Positions 49,473 to 60,100 of a stretch of DNA of 64,000 bases are shown here, in pieces. Numbering within the stretch: position 1 is the first letter of the stretch; each line of letters opens with the position of its first letter. The notes beneath the pieces were generated by a model. That model ran no database searches, was not told where the DNA came from, and saw nothing but the letters and a program-made list of their open reading frames with translations. The translations under genes were made by a program, and so were the position numbers. Origin of the DNA: a bacterium (GTDB lineage: Bacteria > Electryoneota > JAOADG01); NCBI GenBank assembly GCA_963681965.1, contig OY820579.1, positions 2,848,001-2,912,000 of the forward strand, in the 5' to 3' direction.

Positions 49473-50057
49473 TTATTCGGCGATACCAGTAGCGGTATCA
49501 ACATTGACACCTTTGGCGCGAAGTTGCTCGATCGCCGATTGTATCATTGCAAAATGATGCATGTCGTGATAATGGATTGCCATTACCCAATCAGTTATTC
49601 CGGAAAAACCGATTGCCGGGGAATACAACCGAACACGATTGAGTTTAGTGGAAGATAGTGATGTGATCCGATGTTCGATCGTACGCGCGAATTTATCCAA
49701 TTCAGCGATCATGGAAGCGCGTCTTGCGGTGCCTTTCGGCTTAGCAATGTAAATGGGGGTAGAAATCGATCGGTTTGAATAGGGATCCGATAGTTGCGAC
49801 CGCGATCCATTCTTCATTGGAGGCGTTAGAAATCCGCAACGATTGGCAAGATTAAAGATCGACATACAAATCGCATCGTGCTTGTTCATGTGTTCGACAA
49901 TTTGCGCAACCGTCCATTTACCTCGGACGTATTTTATTCGCCAAGCATCGCGTTGCAGTCGAAGTAACACCCGGATGATTTCCCGTCTACCATCGACAAG
50001 AAACGCCACCGCTTCCTCCCAATCATGCTCCAAGCCGTTATAAGCATTTTTTTTCAT
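49473..50057 (-). CDS. DinB family protein
   Basis: KWTVAQIVEHM and HYHDMHHFAMI motifs. Confidence 0.7.
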   Translation of the reverse strand: MKKNAYNGLEHDWEEAVAFLVDGRREIIRVLLRLQRDAWRIKYVRGKWTVAQIVEHMNKHDAICMSIFNLANRCGFLTPPMKNGSRSQLSDPYSNRSISTPIYIAKPKGTARRASMIAELDKFARTIEHRITSLSSTKLNRVRLYSPAIGFSGITDWVMAIHYHDMHHFAMIQSAIEQLRAKGVNVDTATGIAE

Positions 50058-50118
50058 TTACTTATCCGGTAACATGATTCGATAGGAAAAGGTGGCGACT
50101 TTTTCCAAATTGTGCGAA

Positions 50119-50319
50119 TTAGGCGATTTGCTGATTGCAGGTTGTGCAATACTTGATCCGACGACGGACGAACTTGACAGCCCCATCTTCGGTTTTCATC
50201 GCACTGACACGCAGAGTCGGCGCCGAAACTGTTTGTTTCTTGCAATTCGGACAGAACACCATCAACGAGGCGTTCTTTACTTTTTTTACCTTTTCGCCGA
50301 ATGATTGTTGCTTAGCCAT
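50119..50319 (-). CDS. Small basic Zn-ribbon protein downstream of rpmG (bL38/DUF4295-like position)
   Basis: MAKQQSFGEKVKK, CPNC...CTTC, GAVKF; GGAG RBS. Confidence 0.7.
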   Translation of the reverse strand: MAKQQSFGEKVKKVKNASLMVFCPNCKKQTVSAPTLRVSAMKTEDGAVKFVRRRIKYCTTCNQQIA

Positions 50320-50356
50320 TTCAACTACTCCAAAATCTCAACTTAATGATTCTGCC

Positions 50357-50545
50357 TTACTTGGTTTCGCGAAACGTAGTCACCTTGCGATCGTACTTGC
50401 AATATTTCTTCAGTTCCAATCGTTCAGTCGTGTTACGTTTATTCTTTTCAGTGTGATAGCGTGCGACACCAGGCATACTATTTTTCCGGCACTCGGTACA
50501 TTCCATTGTGATATTCAGCCGGACTTCTTTCGATTTGCTAGCCAT
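50357..50545 (-). CDS. rpmG: 50S ribosomal protein L33
   Basis: ITMECTEC...[20 protein letters not shown]. Confidence 0.97.
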   Translation of the reverse strand: MASKSKEVRLNITMECTECRKNSMPGVARYHTEKNKRNTTERLELKKYCKYDRKVTTFRETK

Positions 50546-50699
50546 TCAATATTCCTCCAAAGCATAGTAAGATACAAATTTTAACGGCAAAGTCAAGTAA
50601 ATATTTTTTTCACCCTTGCACTGTCCTAGTTGATTTCGTATAATTTCAAGCTTTTATTGAATTCATACACAAATTCGCGAATCATCCCGGAGGTACTCC

Positions 50700-51062
50700 A
50701 TGCGTCGATTTGGTGAAATATTGCTAGATGAAGGTATGATTAGTGACAATCAACTTCATGAAGCCCTTAGTATTCAGAAACATGCTTCTTTGAAAGTTGG
50801 TGAAGTCATGTTACAACAAGGCTCGATCAAACCCCATCATATCGAAGATGTGCTCATTCACCAGCGCGATATCGCGCCTGCACTGCGGTTCGGCGAAATT
50901 GCCATTCATCTGAATCTGGTCGATGCAAATAAAGTGGCTGAAGCAATCCGCTATCAACAAACCAGTAAAGGTATGTTAGGCGATATCCTCGTGGAGTTAG
51001 GTTACATTACCGAGAAACAACGCATCGATATCATGGCGATGCAAGCAAGAGATTTTCAATAA
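50700..51062 (+). CDS. Stand-alone MshEN-repeat protein
   Basis: Four units resembling RLGxxLxxxGxIxxxxLxxxLxxQ; GGAGG RBS. Confidence 0.75.
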   Translation: MRRFGEILLDEGMISDNQLHEALSIQKHASLKVGEVMLQQGSIKPHHIEDVLIHQRDIAPALRFGEIAIHLNLVDANKVAEAIRYQQTSKGMLGDILVELGYITEKQRIDIMAMQARDFQ

Positions 51063-51098
51063 ATTACGATTTTTCTCTACAGATACCGGAGTGTTGAA

Positions 51099-51905
51099 TT
51101 ATGCTCCGGTATGTTTCTTTTCCTGCATTATTCGGACAACCCTCGGTATCATAAACCTTGGTGCAAATCGATAAGATTGTGCCAAAATCTTATTCTTTAT
51201 CCCGGTAATGATTAATGTTTTACCCTTCATTAATCCGTTATATCCTTGTTTTGCAACATCTTCTGCCGTCATCAGAGATTGTTGAAACAATTTGGATTCT
51301 GTCAACTTCGCACGTTCGGCAAAACCAGTTTCTGTCGGTCCGGGACAAAGAATCGAAACAGTAATATTGGTTTGTTTCAGCTCCTCCGCGAGTGCTTCAC
51401 TAAAATGAAGGACATACGCTTTCGATGCAAAATATACTGCCATTAACGGACCGGGTTGAAATGCTGCGGTGGAAGCTACATTAAGAATTCTTCCAAAACC
51501 ACTCGCTAGTCGAAGGTGAATAAACCGCTTCGTTATTTCTGTTAGCGCACGAATATTGACATCGATTAAAGATAGTTCTGCTGCCAACTCGGTTTGCGAG
51601 AATTCACCGTAAACAGCAAATCCAGCATTATTAATCAGAATTTCCGGGATGACTCCCCACTCCGATAACTGAAGAAAAATCGATTGGATCTTTGCTGTGT
51701 CGGCTAAATCGGCAGCGATAAATCGTACCGATACGTGAAATTCACGCTCGATTTCACTTGCGATCTGCGCTAACTGCTCGGTCGATCGAGCAGTGATGAT
51801 CAGAGAATATCCATGTTGAGCAAATTCTTTAGCTAGCGCAAGACCTATTCCGGAACTAGCACCTGTGATGAATACCCAACGCGTTTCTGTATCTTGACTA
51901 TTCAT
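51099..51905 (-). CDS. Short-chain dehydrogenase/reductase
   Basis: TGASSGIG, NNAG, YFASK. Confidence 0.92.
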   Translation of the reverse strand: MNSQDTETRWVFITGASSGIGLALAKEFAQHGYSLIITARSTEQLAQIASEIEREFHVSVRFIAADLADTAKIQSIFLQLSEWGVIPEILINNAGFAVYGEFSQTELAAELSLIDVNIRALTEITKRFIHLRLASGFGRILNVASTAAFQPGPLMAVYFASKAYVLHFSEALAEELKQTNITVSILCPGPTETGFAERAKLTESKLFQQSLMTAEDVAKQGYNGLMKGKTLIITGIKNKILAQSYRFAPRFMIPRVVRIMQEKKHTGA

Positions 51906-51933
51906 TCTGCCTCAACATCGAAATCAAAACAAG

Positions 51934-51956
51934 AAAGGGCGACGACGTCGCCCTTT
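51934..51956 (-). terminator. Hairpin/terminator after the LVIVD gene
   Basis: AAAGGGCGAC-gac-GTCGCCCTTT. Confidence 0.6.
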
Positions 51957-51980
51957 AAAGTAAATAATGAAGGATCTGAT

Positions 51981-53069
51981 TTACCACCGGTAAATTTGTA
52001 CGCCTTCATCTTCGCTACAAACGACTAAGTAATTTTGAAACGTCGTAATAGCCACGGTTCCATTATGTTTCAGCAATCCCATCGGAACCGGATTTGCCGG
52101 ATTCGACAGTGAGAGAACATAAACACCTTTGTAGAATTTATCGTCGACGGCGAATAGTCTCGAGCCATCGGCAGATACTTCAACCTGAACCAATCCGTCG
52201 GATCGATCTAGTTGATATTGCGTAACTGTCGAAACTAATTGCGGATGTGTCGGATTGGATATATCGACAGTGGCAATCCCATTGGTTTTCAACGAGACAT
52301 AAGCATAATTGCCATGCTTGGCAATCCAATTCGCGGAACCGGGCAAATCCAGGTGACCCACTTCAACTGGCGCATTAGTCCAATTGGTATGATTGAGAAC
52401 AATTAAGCCGTACTCTTCAGCTGCTGCAAACGTATATGGTTTACCGATGACAGCGTGACGAATCTTACTCGTACGCGAATTCGGGAAAAAAGCACCGCTG
52501 GTAATTTTCGACCAAGTCTCTGTTCCAGTATTCGTATCGATTTCAATTCCAGTCACTGTCACTATCAAGAAACCATCCGTCATCTGATGACATTTCATGA
52601 AATGAAGCGAAGTATCCGGATCGTGAAAAAGAGTCGTAGTCGAGCTATTTCCCAATTCCAATCCTTGCATTCTGGTAATGGTATCGTAAGTAGCTTCGAA
52701 GATGTTGTAAAGGAATCGATTCGTCGTACTAGCTCGATCACTCGCTAGCAGTTTGTGACGTAAGGAATCATAACCAACCCAAATGAAACCGTGGTTGGCT
52801 TCAGTGATAATATTTTTTAAATAATGCGGTTCCGGTTTCAAAGCGATGATTGCAATACCCCGCTCATCATCTGCGACATATAACGTGTCGTTATAAATTG
52901 CAGCCGCTTCAGGTGCACCGGGCGTAAGAATTGATGCAACTAATGTCATTCCAACATCTTGTACAGAAACCGGGTTTGATTGCTTTGCACATCCAAGAAA
53001 CTGGGTAGTAAAGCAGATCGACGAAACCAGGATGACTATCGCTGCGAGTAGCGCGTGTTTCCGTTTCAT
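51981..53069 (-). CDS. LVIVD-repeat lipoprotein
   Basis: Lipobox FLGC; GNYAYVS..GIATVDISNPTHP and GVYVLSLSNPANP units. Confidence 0.78.
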   Translation of the reverse strand: MKRKHALLAAIVILVSSICFTTQFLGCAKQSNPVSVQDVGMTLVASILTPGAPEAAAIYNDTLYVADDERGIAIIALKPEPHYLKNIITEANHGFIWVGYDSLRHKLLASDRASTTNRFLYNIFEATYDTITRMQGLELGNSSTTTLFHDPDTSLHFMKCHQMTDGFLIVTVTGIEIDTNTGTETWSKITSGAFFPNSRTSKIRHAVIGKPYTFAAAEEYGLIVLNHTNWTNAPVEVGHLDLPGSANWIAKHGNYAYVSLKTNGIATVDISNPTHPQLVSTVTQYQLDRSDGLVQVEVSADGSRLFAVDDKFYKGVYVLSLSNPANPVPMGLLKHNGTVAITTFQNYLVVCSEDEGVQIYRW

Positions 53070-53505
53070 TGCGATTTCCCTCCTCAAAATAATCTTTGCG
53101 AGTAGCTCTCGAAAACCTATGTAAATTCACTACACAGGTCGCTCAATAGCAATATATAAACAATCCTCGGGTGAAGACAAACAAATCGAAGATTTAAAGA
53201 CTTTAATCGTACTGACAGATTCAACGAGACTGTGATGTCTAGAAATACGAGAAAAATCTCTTGTCAAACTTCGATCTAGAATAATGTATTAACCAAAAGG
53301 ATAAACATATACTTAGGGACAAATAAATCAGCACTTACCTACTAGGTTGTGAAGGATCTCTGAATTTGTTTGAACAAAGGGGATAAGTCTATCTTATCCC
53401 CAATTTTGTGAAAACGTCAGAAACCTCGAGTAACAATACCTGAAACGGCAAGTATCGTGTCTAATAACATATACTTGCAGGTGAAAGTGTAAATTTGATC
53501 AGCAA

Positions 53506-54828
53506 CTAAAGTTTAACAACCCGGGCATTTCCTTTGGGAAATTTCTCCATTGCGTTACGCGAGTCGAAAATTAACTTCGCGTTGTCGGCAATCAACCGGT
53601 AATCGATCACCTTATGATCGGTACTAATCAATACGAGATCGAATTTGGCAATATTTTCTGCCGTCAATTCGACCGATTTGATTTGGATCGCTTCGTTCAA
53701 TGGATCTCGAATAACAGGAACATAAGGATCGTAATAATCGACGATTGCGCCTTTCTTACGGAGTTGAACTAATAAATCCAATGATGGTGATTCGCGAACA
53801 TCGTCAATATCGCGTTTGTAAGACATGCCCAATAACAAGATCTTCGTGCCGTTGAGCGCTTTATGTTCCTTGTTCATCAAATCCATTATTCGGTCGACAA
53901 CGAAGTCGGGCATGTGTGAATTGATTTCAGTCGCCAATTCGATAAACCGTGCCCGGTAGTTATGAGATCTTAATTTCCATGCGAGATACGATGGATCAAT
54001 TGGAATACAATGCCCACCTAATCCCGGACCGGGGAAAAACGGCATGAAACCGAACGGTTTGGTCGCTGCTGCGTTAACGATTTCCCACACATCGACATTA
54101 AGAACATTGCACATGATCGCAAGTTCGTTCACCAAACCGATGTTAATTGCCCGGAAAGTGTTCTCGTACAATTTGACCATTTCTGCAGCAGTAGCGCTGT
54201 TTACACGGATGATCTTGGCAATCACTGTCTCGTAAAATGCTACCGAAATATCGCAGCAATTCAGAGTCGCGCCACCGACTACTTTCGGGGTATTCTGGGT
54301 ATGAAAGTGAGGATTTCCCGGATCAACGCGCTCGGGACTGAATGAGGCAAAAATATCTTCGCCGATTTTAAAGCCTCGTGAAGTCAACTTAGGTACAACG
54401 ACTTCATTGGTAGTGCCGGGGTAAGTCGTCGATTCCAATGTCACCAGCATGCCAGCATGGATCGCATCAGTCATCATCTCAAGTGCATCGAGAATGAAAC
54501 TCATATCCGGATCGCCGGTTTTATTGAGTGGAGTTGGAACAGTTATCGCAACAACGTCTGCCGCTTTCAATTCCATAAAATCGCTGGTTGCACGCAATTT
54601 GCCAGCTTTCGTCAATTCGGCTAACTCGGCATCGTCGACGTCGCCAATATAGTTTTCTCCAGCATTGACATGTTTAATTTTATTCAGATCGACTTCTATA
54701 CCGATCACTTTGTAGCCAGCTTTAGCTGTTTCAACTGCTAATGGTAAACCAACGTAGCCTAATCCGATTACGCCAATAATTGCAGTTCGGTCTTTGAACT
54801 TAGTTAGCAGTTGTTCCCGGTAGGACAT
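53506..54828 (-). CDS. UDP-N-acetylhexosamine dehydrogenase (WbpA/WecC family)
   Basis: GLGYVGLPLA, ESTTYPGTT, SPERVDPGN, GGHCIPIDP, YKRDIDDVRESP. Confidence 0.92.
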   Translation of the reverse strand: MSYREQLLTKFKDRTAIIGVIGLGYVGLPLAVETAKAGYKVIGIEVDLNKIKHVNAGENYIGDVDDAELAELTKAGKLRATSDFMELKAADVVAITVPTPLNKTGDPDMSFILDALEMMTDAIHAGMLVTLESTTYPGTTNEVVVPKLTSRGFKIGEDIFASFSPERVDPGNPHFHTQNTPKVVGGATLNCCDISVAFYETVIAKIIRVNSATAAEMVKLYENTFRAINIGLVNELAIMCNVLNVDVWEIVNAAATKPFGFMPFFPGPGLGGHCIPIDPSYLAWKLRSHNYRARFIELATEINSHMPDFVVDRIMDLMNKEHKALNGTKILLLGMSYKRDIDDVRESPSLDLLVQLRKKGAIVDYYDPYVPVIRDPLNEAIQIKSVELTAENIAKFDLVLISTDHKVIDYRLIADNAKLIFDSRNAMEKFPKGNARVVKL

Positions 54829-54978
54829 AAATTGCTCCTTGCTAGAGATGAAAGGAAGTTATATCTTGATTGACTTGAATCTAAAAGGTAAAGCAATATT
54901 CCCCGTGGTTCAAGCAGCAAACTCGATTGGTAGAATCGATTTATTCTTGCATAATATGACAATTTACAGCAGGTTTCG

Positions 54979-55740
54979 ATGCAAATGAAGACAGGTGATG
55001 CGTTACGTCCGGTTTGGTCTCGAACGACTGGACCGCGAGTTCGAATCGTATTGGTTGAACCGCGTAACGAAGGAAATATTGGCGCAACTGCTAGAGCACT
55101 ACGCGTTTGCGGACTCAACGAATTGGCGATCGTCGGACTTCAGCACCCCTTGGATCGGGGCACTGCTTATGCAATGGCATGGGGTTCTGTCGATATCTTG
55201 CAATCGGCACTGATCGTTGATTCGTTAGAGGATGCGTTACAAGGGTGCCAATTAGCTATCGCAACAACTGCCAGACCACGCCATAGTAGTCATGTACCAA
55301 TGGATCCCCGCGATTTAGCGAAAGAAGTCATGAAATTCGATCAATCGGCAACCATTGCGCTGGTTTTTGGGCGTGAAGACAGTGGTTTATCCAACGATGA
55401 GATGGAACGGTGCGAAATATGGGCATCGATTCCCGCCGCAGTGGTATATCCCTCATACAATCTCGCACAATCAGTGCAAATCTTCTGTTACGAACTCTTT
55501 CGCGCATTTCATGAAGCCCCGGAACAGACTTCCCGTTTGGCATCGGAACCGGAACAAGTCGATTGGCTCTATCGCAGAATGCGAGAGCGTTTAGAACTAA
55601 ATGGATTCCATCCTCGTGACGGCATGGATAATTTCATCAATCACGCTCGAGGTGTATTAGGACCAGTTGTCGCCGATAAACATGCAGCTGGGTTCATTCA
55701 TAAACTACTCGATGGTTTATTGGGTATTCGAACTAAATAA
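54979..55740 (+). CDS. trmJ: TrmJ/LasT family SPOUT RNA methyltransferase
   Basis: IVLVEP..GNIGA.ARA, VFGREDSGLSNDE, SYNLAQSV. Confidence 0.8.
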   Translation: MQMKTGDALRPVWSRTTGPRVRIVLVEPRNEGNIGATARALRVCGLNELAIVGLQHPLDRGTAYAMAWGSVDILQSALIVDSLEDALQGCQLAIATTARPRHSSHVPMDPRDLAKEVMKFDQSATIALVFGREDSGLSNDEMERCEIWASIPAAVVYPSYNLAQSVQIFCYELFRAFHEAPEQTSRLASEPEQVDWLYRRMRERLELNGFHPRDGMDNFINHARGVLGPVVADKHAAGFIHKLLDGLLGIRTK

Positions 55741-56053
55741 ACTTAGTTGAATTATTATATAATACTATCTACATAATTTATTCTTAAACCATTTCGACAT
55801 AATCGCAAATAGGTATTCTCTTGGAGCTTACATCACTTCCTTTTTTCACGTATCATTTGTGCAAATTGGATCTGGTCGTTTATATTGTTAAGTTTGCGAA
55901 GTCTAATCACCAAATATTCAATTTTTAAGAACCTATCAGTTCAGATTGTGAATCAAAATCTGATCGGATCTCAGTTTTATTGAGTATTGTTTTAACAAAT
56001 ATTAACGATGGTTATGTGGTGTGATTGATGTTCGTTTCACAAGGGAGAGCTAG

Positions 56054-56950
56054 ATGAATCTACGCGCGAATCAATCTTTGGAACGGTATCTGCAAGAAAT
56101 TGGAGAAGTACCCTTATTAACCGCTGAAGACGAAATTGAATTAGCTAAAAAAATTCGAAAAGGCGCCCGTGAAGGCGAACGCGCTTTGGAAACGTTGACC
56201 AAAGCCAATTTACGTTTTGTCGTCTCGGTCGCGAAACAATACCAAAACCAAGGTTTATCGCTTAGTGACTTAATCAATGAAGGTAATCTTGGTCTGATTA
56301 AAGCTGCACGTCGATTTGACGAAACTCGTGGTTTTAAATTCATCAGTTACGCTGTTTGGTGGATTCGCCAATCAATTCTTCAAGCTTTAGCGGAACAATC
56401 TCGGGTAGTAAGACTTCCTCTTAATCGCGTTGGTGCGATCAATAAGATCACCAAAGCCTACTCTTCGATCGAACAACAACAAGAGCGCGAACCAACTGTC
56501 GACGATATCGCTGAAGCGCTGGAAATGTCACCAGTTGAAGTACTCGAAACCTTAAAAATGAACGGACGTCATCTGTCCATGGATGCACCGTTCAGTCAAG
56601 GTGAAGACAATCGCTTACTCGACATTTTACAGGATGAAAGTAGTCCCTCGCCGGATGTCGACTTGGTGCGCGATTCACTTGAAAAAGAAATCGAACGTGC
56701 TCTGTCAACTTTAACTGATCGTGAAGCGGATGTCATTCGATGGTACTTTGGGCTTCATAAAAAAGATGACACTGCACCAGTCGTTATTCCTGCTGAAGGT
56801 GAAGATATCCATCTCCCCGCCTTGACATTGGAAGAGATCGGCGAGAAATTGAAACTCACTCGCGAGCGTGTACGGCAAATCAAAGAAAAAGCGATCCGTC
56901 GCTTACGGCACCCGTCAAGATCTCGAGCGTTAAGAGCATACTTAGGATAA
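56054..56950 (+). CDS. RpoD/SigA family sigma factor lacking region 1.1
   Basis: [50 protein letters not shown]. Confidence 0.93.
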   Translation: MNLRANQSLERYLQEIGEVPLLTAEDEIELAKKIRKGAREGERALETLTKANLRFVVSVAKQYQNQGLSLSDLINEGNLGLIKAARRFDETRGFKFISYAVWWIRQSILQALAEQSRVVRLPLNRVGAINKITKAYSSIEQQQEREPTVDDIAEALEMSPVEVLETLKMNGRHLSMDAPFSQGEDNRLLDILQDESSPSPDVDLVRDSLEKEIERALSTLTDREADVIRWYFGLHKKDDTAPVVIPAEGEDIHLPALTLEEIGEKLKLTRERVRQIKEKAIRRLRHPSRSRALRAYLG

Positions 56951-56971
56951 TTCAATTTTTAGATTAAAGAT

Positions 56972-57000
56972 GAGCGCGAATGTTTTCGCGCTCTTTTTTT
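56972..57000 (+). terminator. Rho-independent terminator
   Basis: GAGCGCGAA-tgtt-TTCGCGCTC followed by T7. Confidence 0.85.
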
Positions 57001-57095
57001 GTAATCTTCTGGAATCCACTTCGCAACTCGAAAGTCAAATTTGTTAGCTGCAATTAGTACTATCCAACATTTTTTTAATCTGTTTCTAAAACAAA

Positions 57096-57121
57096 CACGT
57101 CCGCGATTGCTCGCGGACGTG
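57096..57121 (-). terminator. Terminator of the giant surface protein gene
   Basis: CACGTCCGCGA-ttgc-TCGCGGACGTG with a T-rich tail on the minus strand. Confidence 0.7.
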
Positions 57122-57144
57122 CTATTGGTACTACTGCGATGTGA

Positions 57145-60100
57145 CTACTTCACCATGACCATCTTCTTAATCGAAGTGAACTTTCCACTTTCGATTCGGT
57201 AGAAATAGACGCCAGTCGCCAGCGCATCCCCTTGGAACCGCACTGAATGATACCCTGCCGGGAGATAGCTGTTCACCAGTGTGGTGACTTCCTGTCCCAA
57301 GGCATTGTATATCGTCAATCGAGTCAAGCCCGGGTTCTTCAGATCGAATCTGATTTCCGTAGCTGGATTGAACGGGTTCGGGTAATTCTGATGCAGTTTG
57401 TATGCAGTCGGTATACCAGTCGCTACCTCGTTGACATTGACCGAATCCGGTAACACATGAATTACTACTGGAATAGTAATCGTCGTACAGGCATTCGTTC
57501 CAATAATCATGTTGGCTGCTAAATCGGTATTGTCGATTGCAGTACTATCGAGATGGATACTAACACTCAATTCAAGAATCTGCGATTCGCCAATTTGCGC
57601 TTCTTCCGGAGAAACAATCGCAAAGTTTTGGAACGGACGATTCTGGAATTCTACTGCATAGTTGGACATGCTGTTGTAGAACAACGAGTCGCTGTAAATA
57701 TTGATACCACCGGTTCCTTCATTATCGATACCGGCGCATGCGCCCTGTCCGGTAGTCGTCGGAGCCAGTGTACCCAAATTACGATACTGGAACTTAATCA
57801 AACCATCGGAATAAAGAATGATTTGATAGGTTTTCGCATACGCAGCATTGGTCTGATAAGTGTAATTGTTGTACCGAACATCTTCGAATGTAAATACCAA
57901 GCGGGTTGGATTATCCAAGACTTGATACATATAACGCGAAGTTGTTACGTGAGCATTGTAATACTTGAACGGCGCAATTTGATAGTAATTGTCGGGCAGA
58001 GCCAAGTATGTCGGGAAACTAGCATAGTTTCTCAACATCAGGTACCCGCTTGAGCTGACATACAGTGAATCGAATTGCTGATTGTAGAACGGGAAACTGA
58101 ACCCAATCGGCACTTGTGCGACTGCATTGTAAGCTTGTGTTGCACCCGGCCAAATTTCAATTGCACCGGTCGCAGTTGTAATTGTTTCCCACCGATACGC
58201 CGCACCACCGTCAAGATTGTCGCGAGCTTCGTAACTACCCGCATCTATCGGCCACACTGTATTGATGGATGCACCGGAATTATTGCCCAACTGCATCATC
58301 GGCACACGCCGATTGGTATTGGAACCACGTCGCATCATTGTAGTAGTGGCAGAAATTGATTCGGGAATCAGTCGACCAGACGGATTTACACGGTCGATGG
58401 CATCATCGAATGGATAAGAAATGTAATTCGTAATATCGAGTTCCCAGTCGCCAACATCTTGAACGATAACGGTTTGCGATTGATCTTCGTTGCGATGCAT
58501 CGCGAATTCCAATGATGATGGAGACGCTGAAATCTGCGGAACGAAGAGTGAATCTTCAAATCGTGCTGTATCGGTATCAGTGAATACATAATTATCGTAA
58601 GCAACCACTGGATACATGCAAGGTTTGCTAATTCGGACATCCCAAGTTCCCGACGGAACTTGGAGCGACCACCGACCCGATGAATCGGTCTGGGCAGTCC
58701 AAATATTGTGAACTCGTACTGATGCGTTGGCTACTGGGCTGTTGTCGCGGCGGAAAACGTGTCCGCGTGCTTCAACAGGTGCAGCACCTTCAATACTGAG
58801 ATTCGTTACATAGAAGTGAGGTCCATAATAGTTATGGGCAATGAAACCAATCCGAACCGAGGGATGACCGATCGCATTCGTCGGCAACCAAGTTTCGGCA
58901 TGTCCCCAGTTGTCGATCACTGCCGGCGAAGTATTGTAACCACCACCGGTACCCGGGCTAACGCGTAAGTTGGTTTCACCAGTACCAATACCCGATCGTA
59001 CCCAGAATGGTGAGTATGTTAAACCACCATCTATCGAGTACACAACTTCAATCGTATCGGCGTAAGTGTTGGTAGTAACGTTGTAGAAATACCAATCGAA
59101 CGTGACATGTCCGATTTGAATATCTTCGGTATTGATCGGCGGCGACCACAGTTGGTCGATTTGCGCATTACCGGGATAGTAGTTGTAGAACGGCATACAT
59201 GCAGCACTAACGGATGAGGTTGACCGGATCCAAGTGATACTGTTGTCGGAATTCACTACCGTCCAATCTGGTGGTGGAAATGCCGTGCCACTGAAGTTCT
59301 GCGCAAACGGTAACTCGAACGCAGCTTGCGTCGTGAAAGTAGTACTTGATGACAAAGCGGTTTCAACATTCGCCCCGTTGCGAGCTTTGGTTCGAACAGC
59401 ATAATCGTTATTCGCAGTCAAACCGAACAGGACTACATTGCCCCAACTTGCCATCTTCTTCCAGACTGGTGTCGTACCCAGCGCACCGTTGGCTTGGACA
59501 TACATTGAGTCGACCATAACTGCATATTCGGTTAAAGCCGGATTCGGGAATTCTGCATCGTTATTGATAACGACGGTAGCGGAAGTAATACCTACCGATG
59601 TTACTGTTGGCGATGCCGGAATCGAAGCCAAAGTCCAACCATTCGTTAATGCAAAAGTGGTTGATCTTAATGTACCGTTCGCGGAATGTACTCGATAATA
59701 GTACTGAGTGTTCGGTAACAATTCGTTATCAGTGTAAACCGATAAAGTTGAAGCAACGGTCGAATCTAGAACAAACCCTGTGTCCGCAGTAGAAACATAA
59801 ATCGGGAAACCAGTTTCATTTGTGGCAGTTCGACGCCAATGCAACTGTAACGAAATGATTGACGCATTTGTTACCCATGCGGAATCTGGTGCTGTCGGAG
59901 TAACACCGGTACCGGTCGTAAACGACCAGATCGGACTGTTATTCACCGAAGCAGCATTTCGCGCCGCGATTTTCCAGTAATAGGTAGTGTTTGCAGCTAA
60001 TTGCGCCGGAGCAAACGACGTTCCGGGTTGATCCGTCGAAACGATATCAGCCGGCGGATTCGTAGTTCCCAAATACACATTGTATCCAGTTGCTGCTGCT

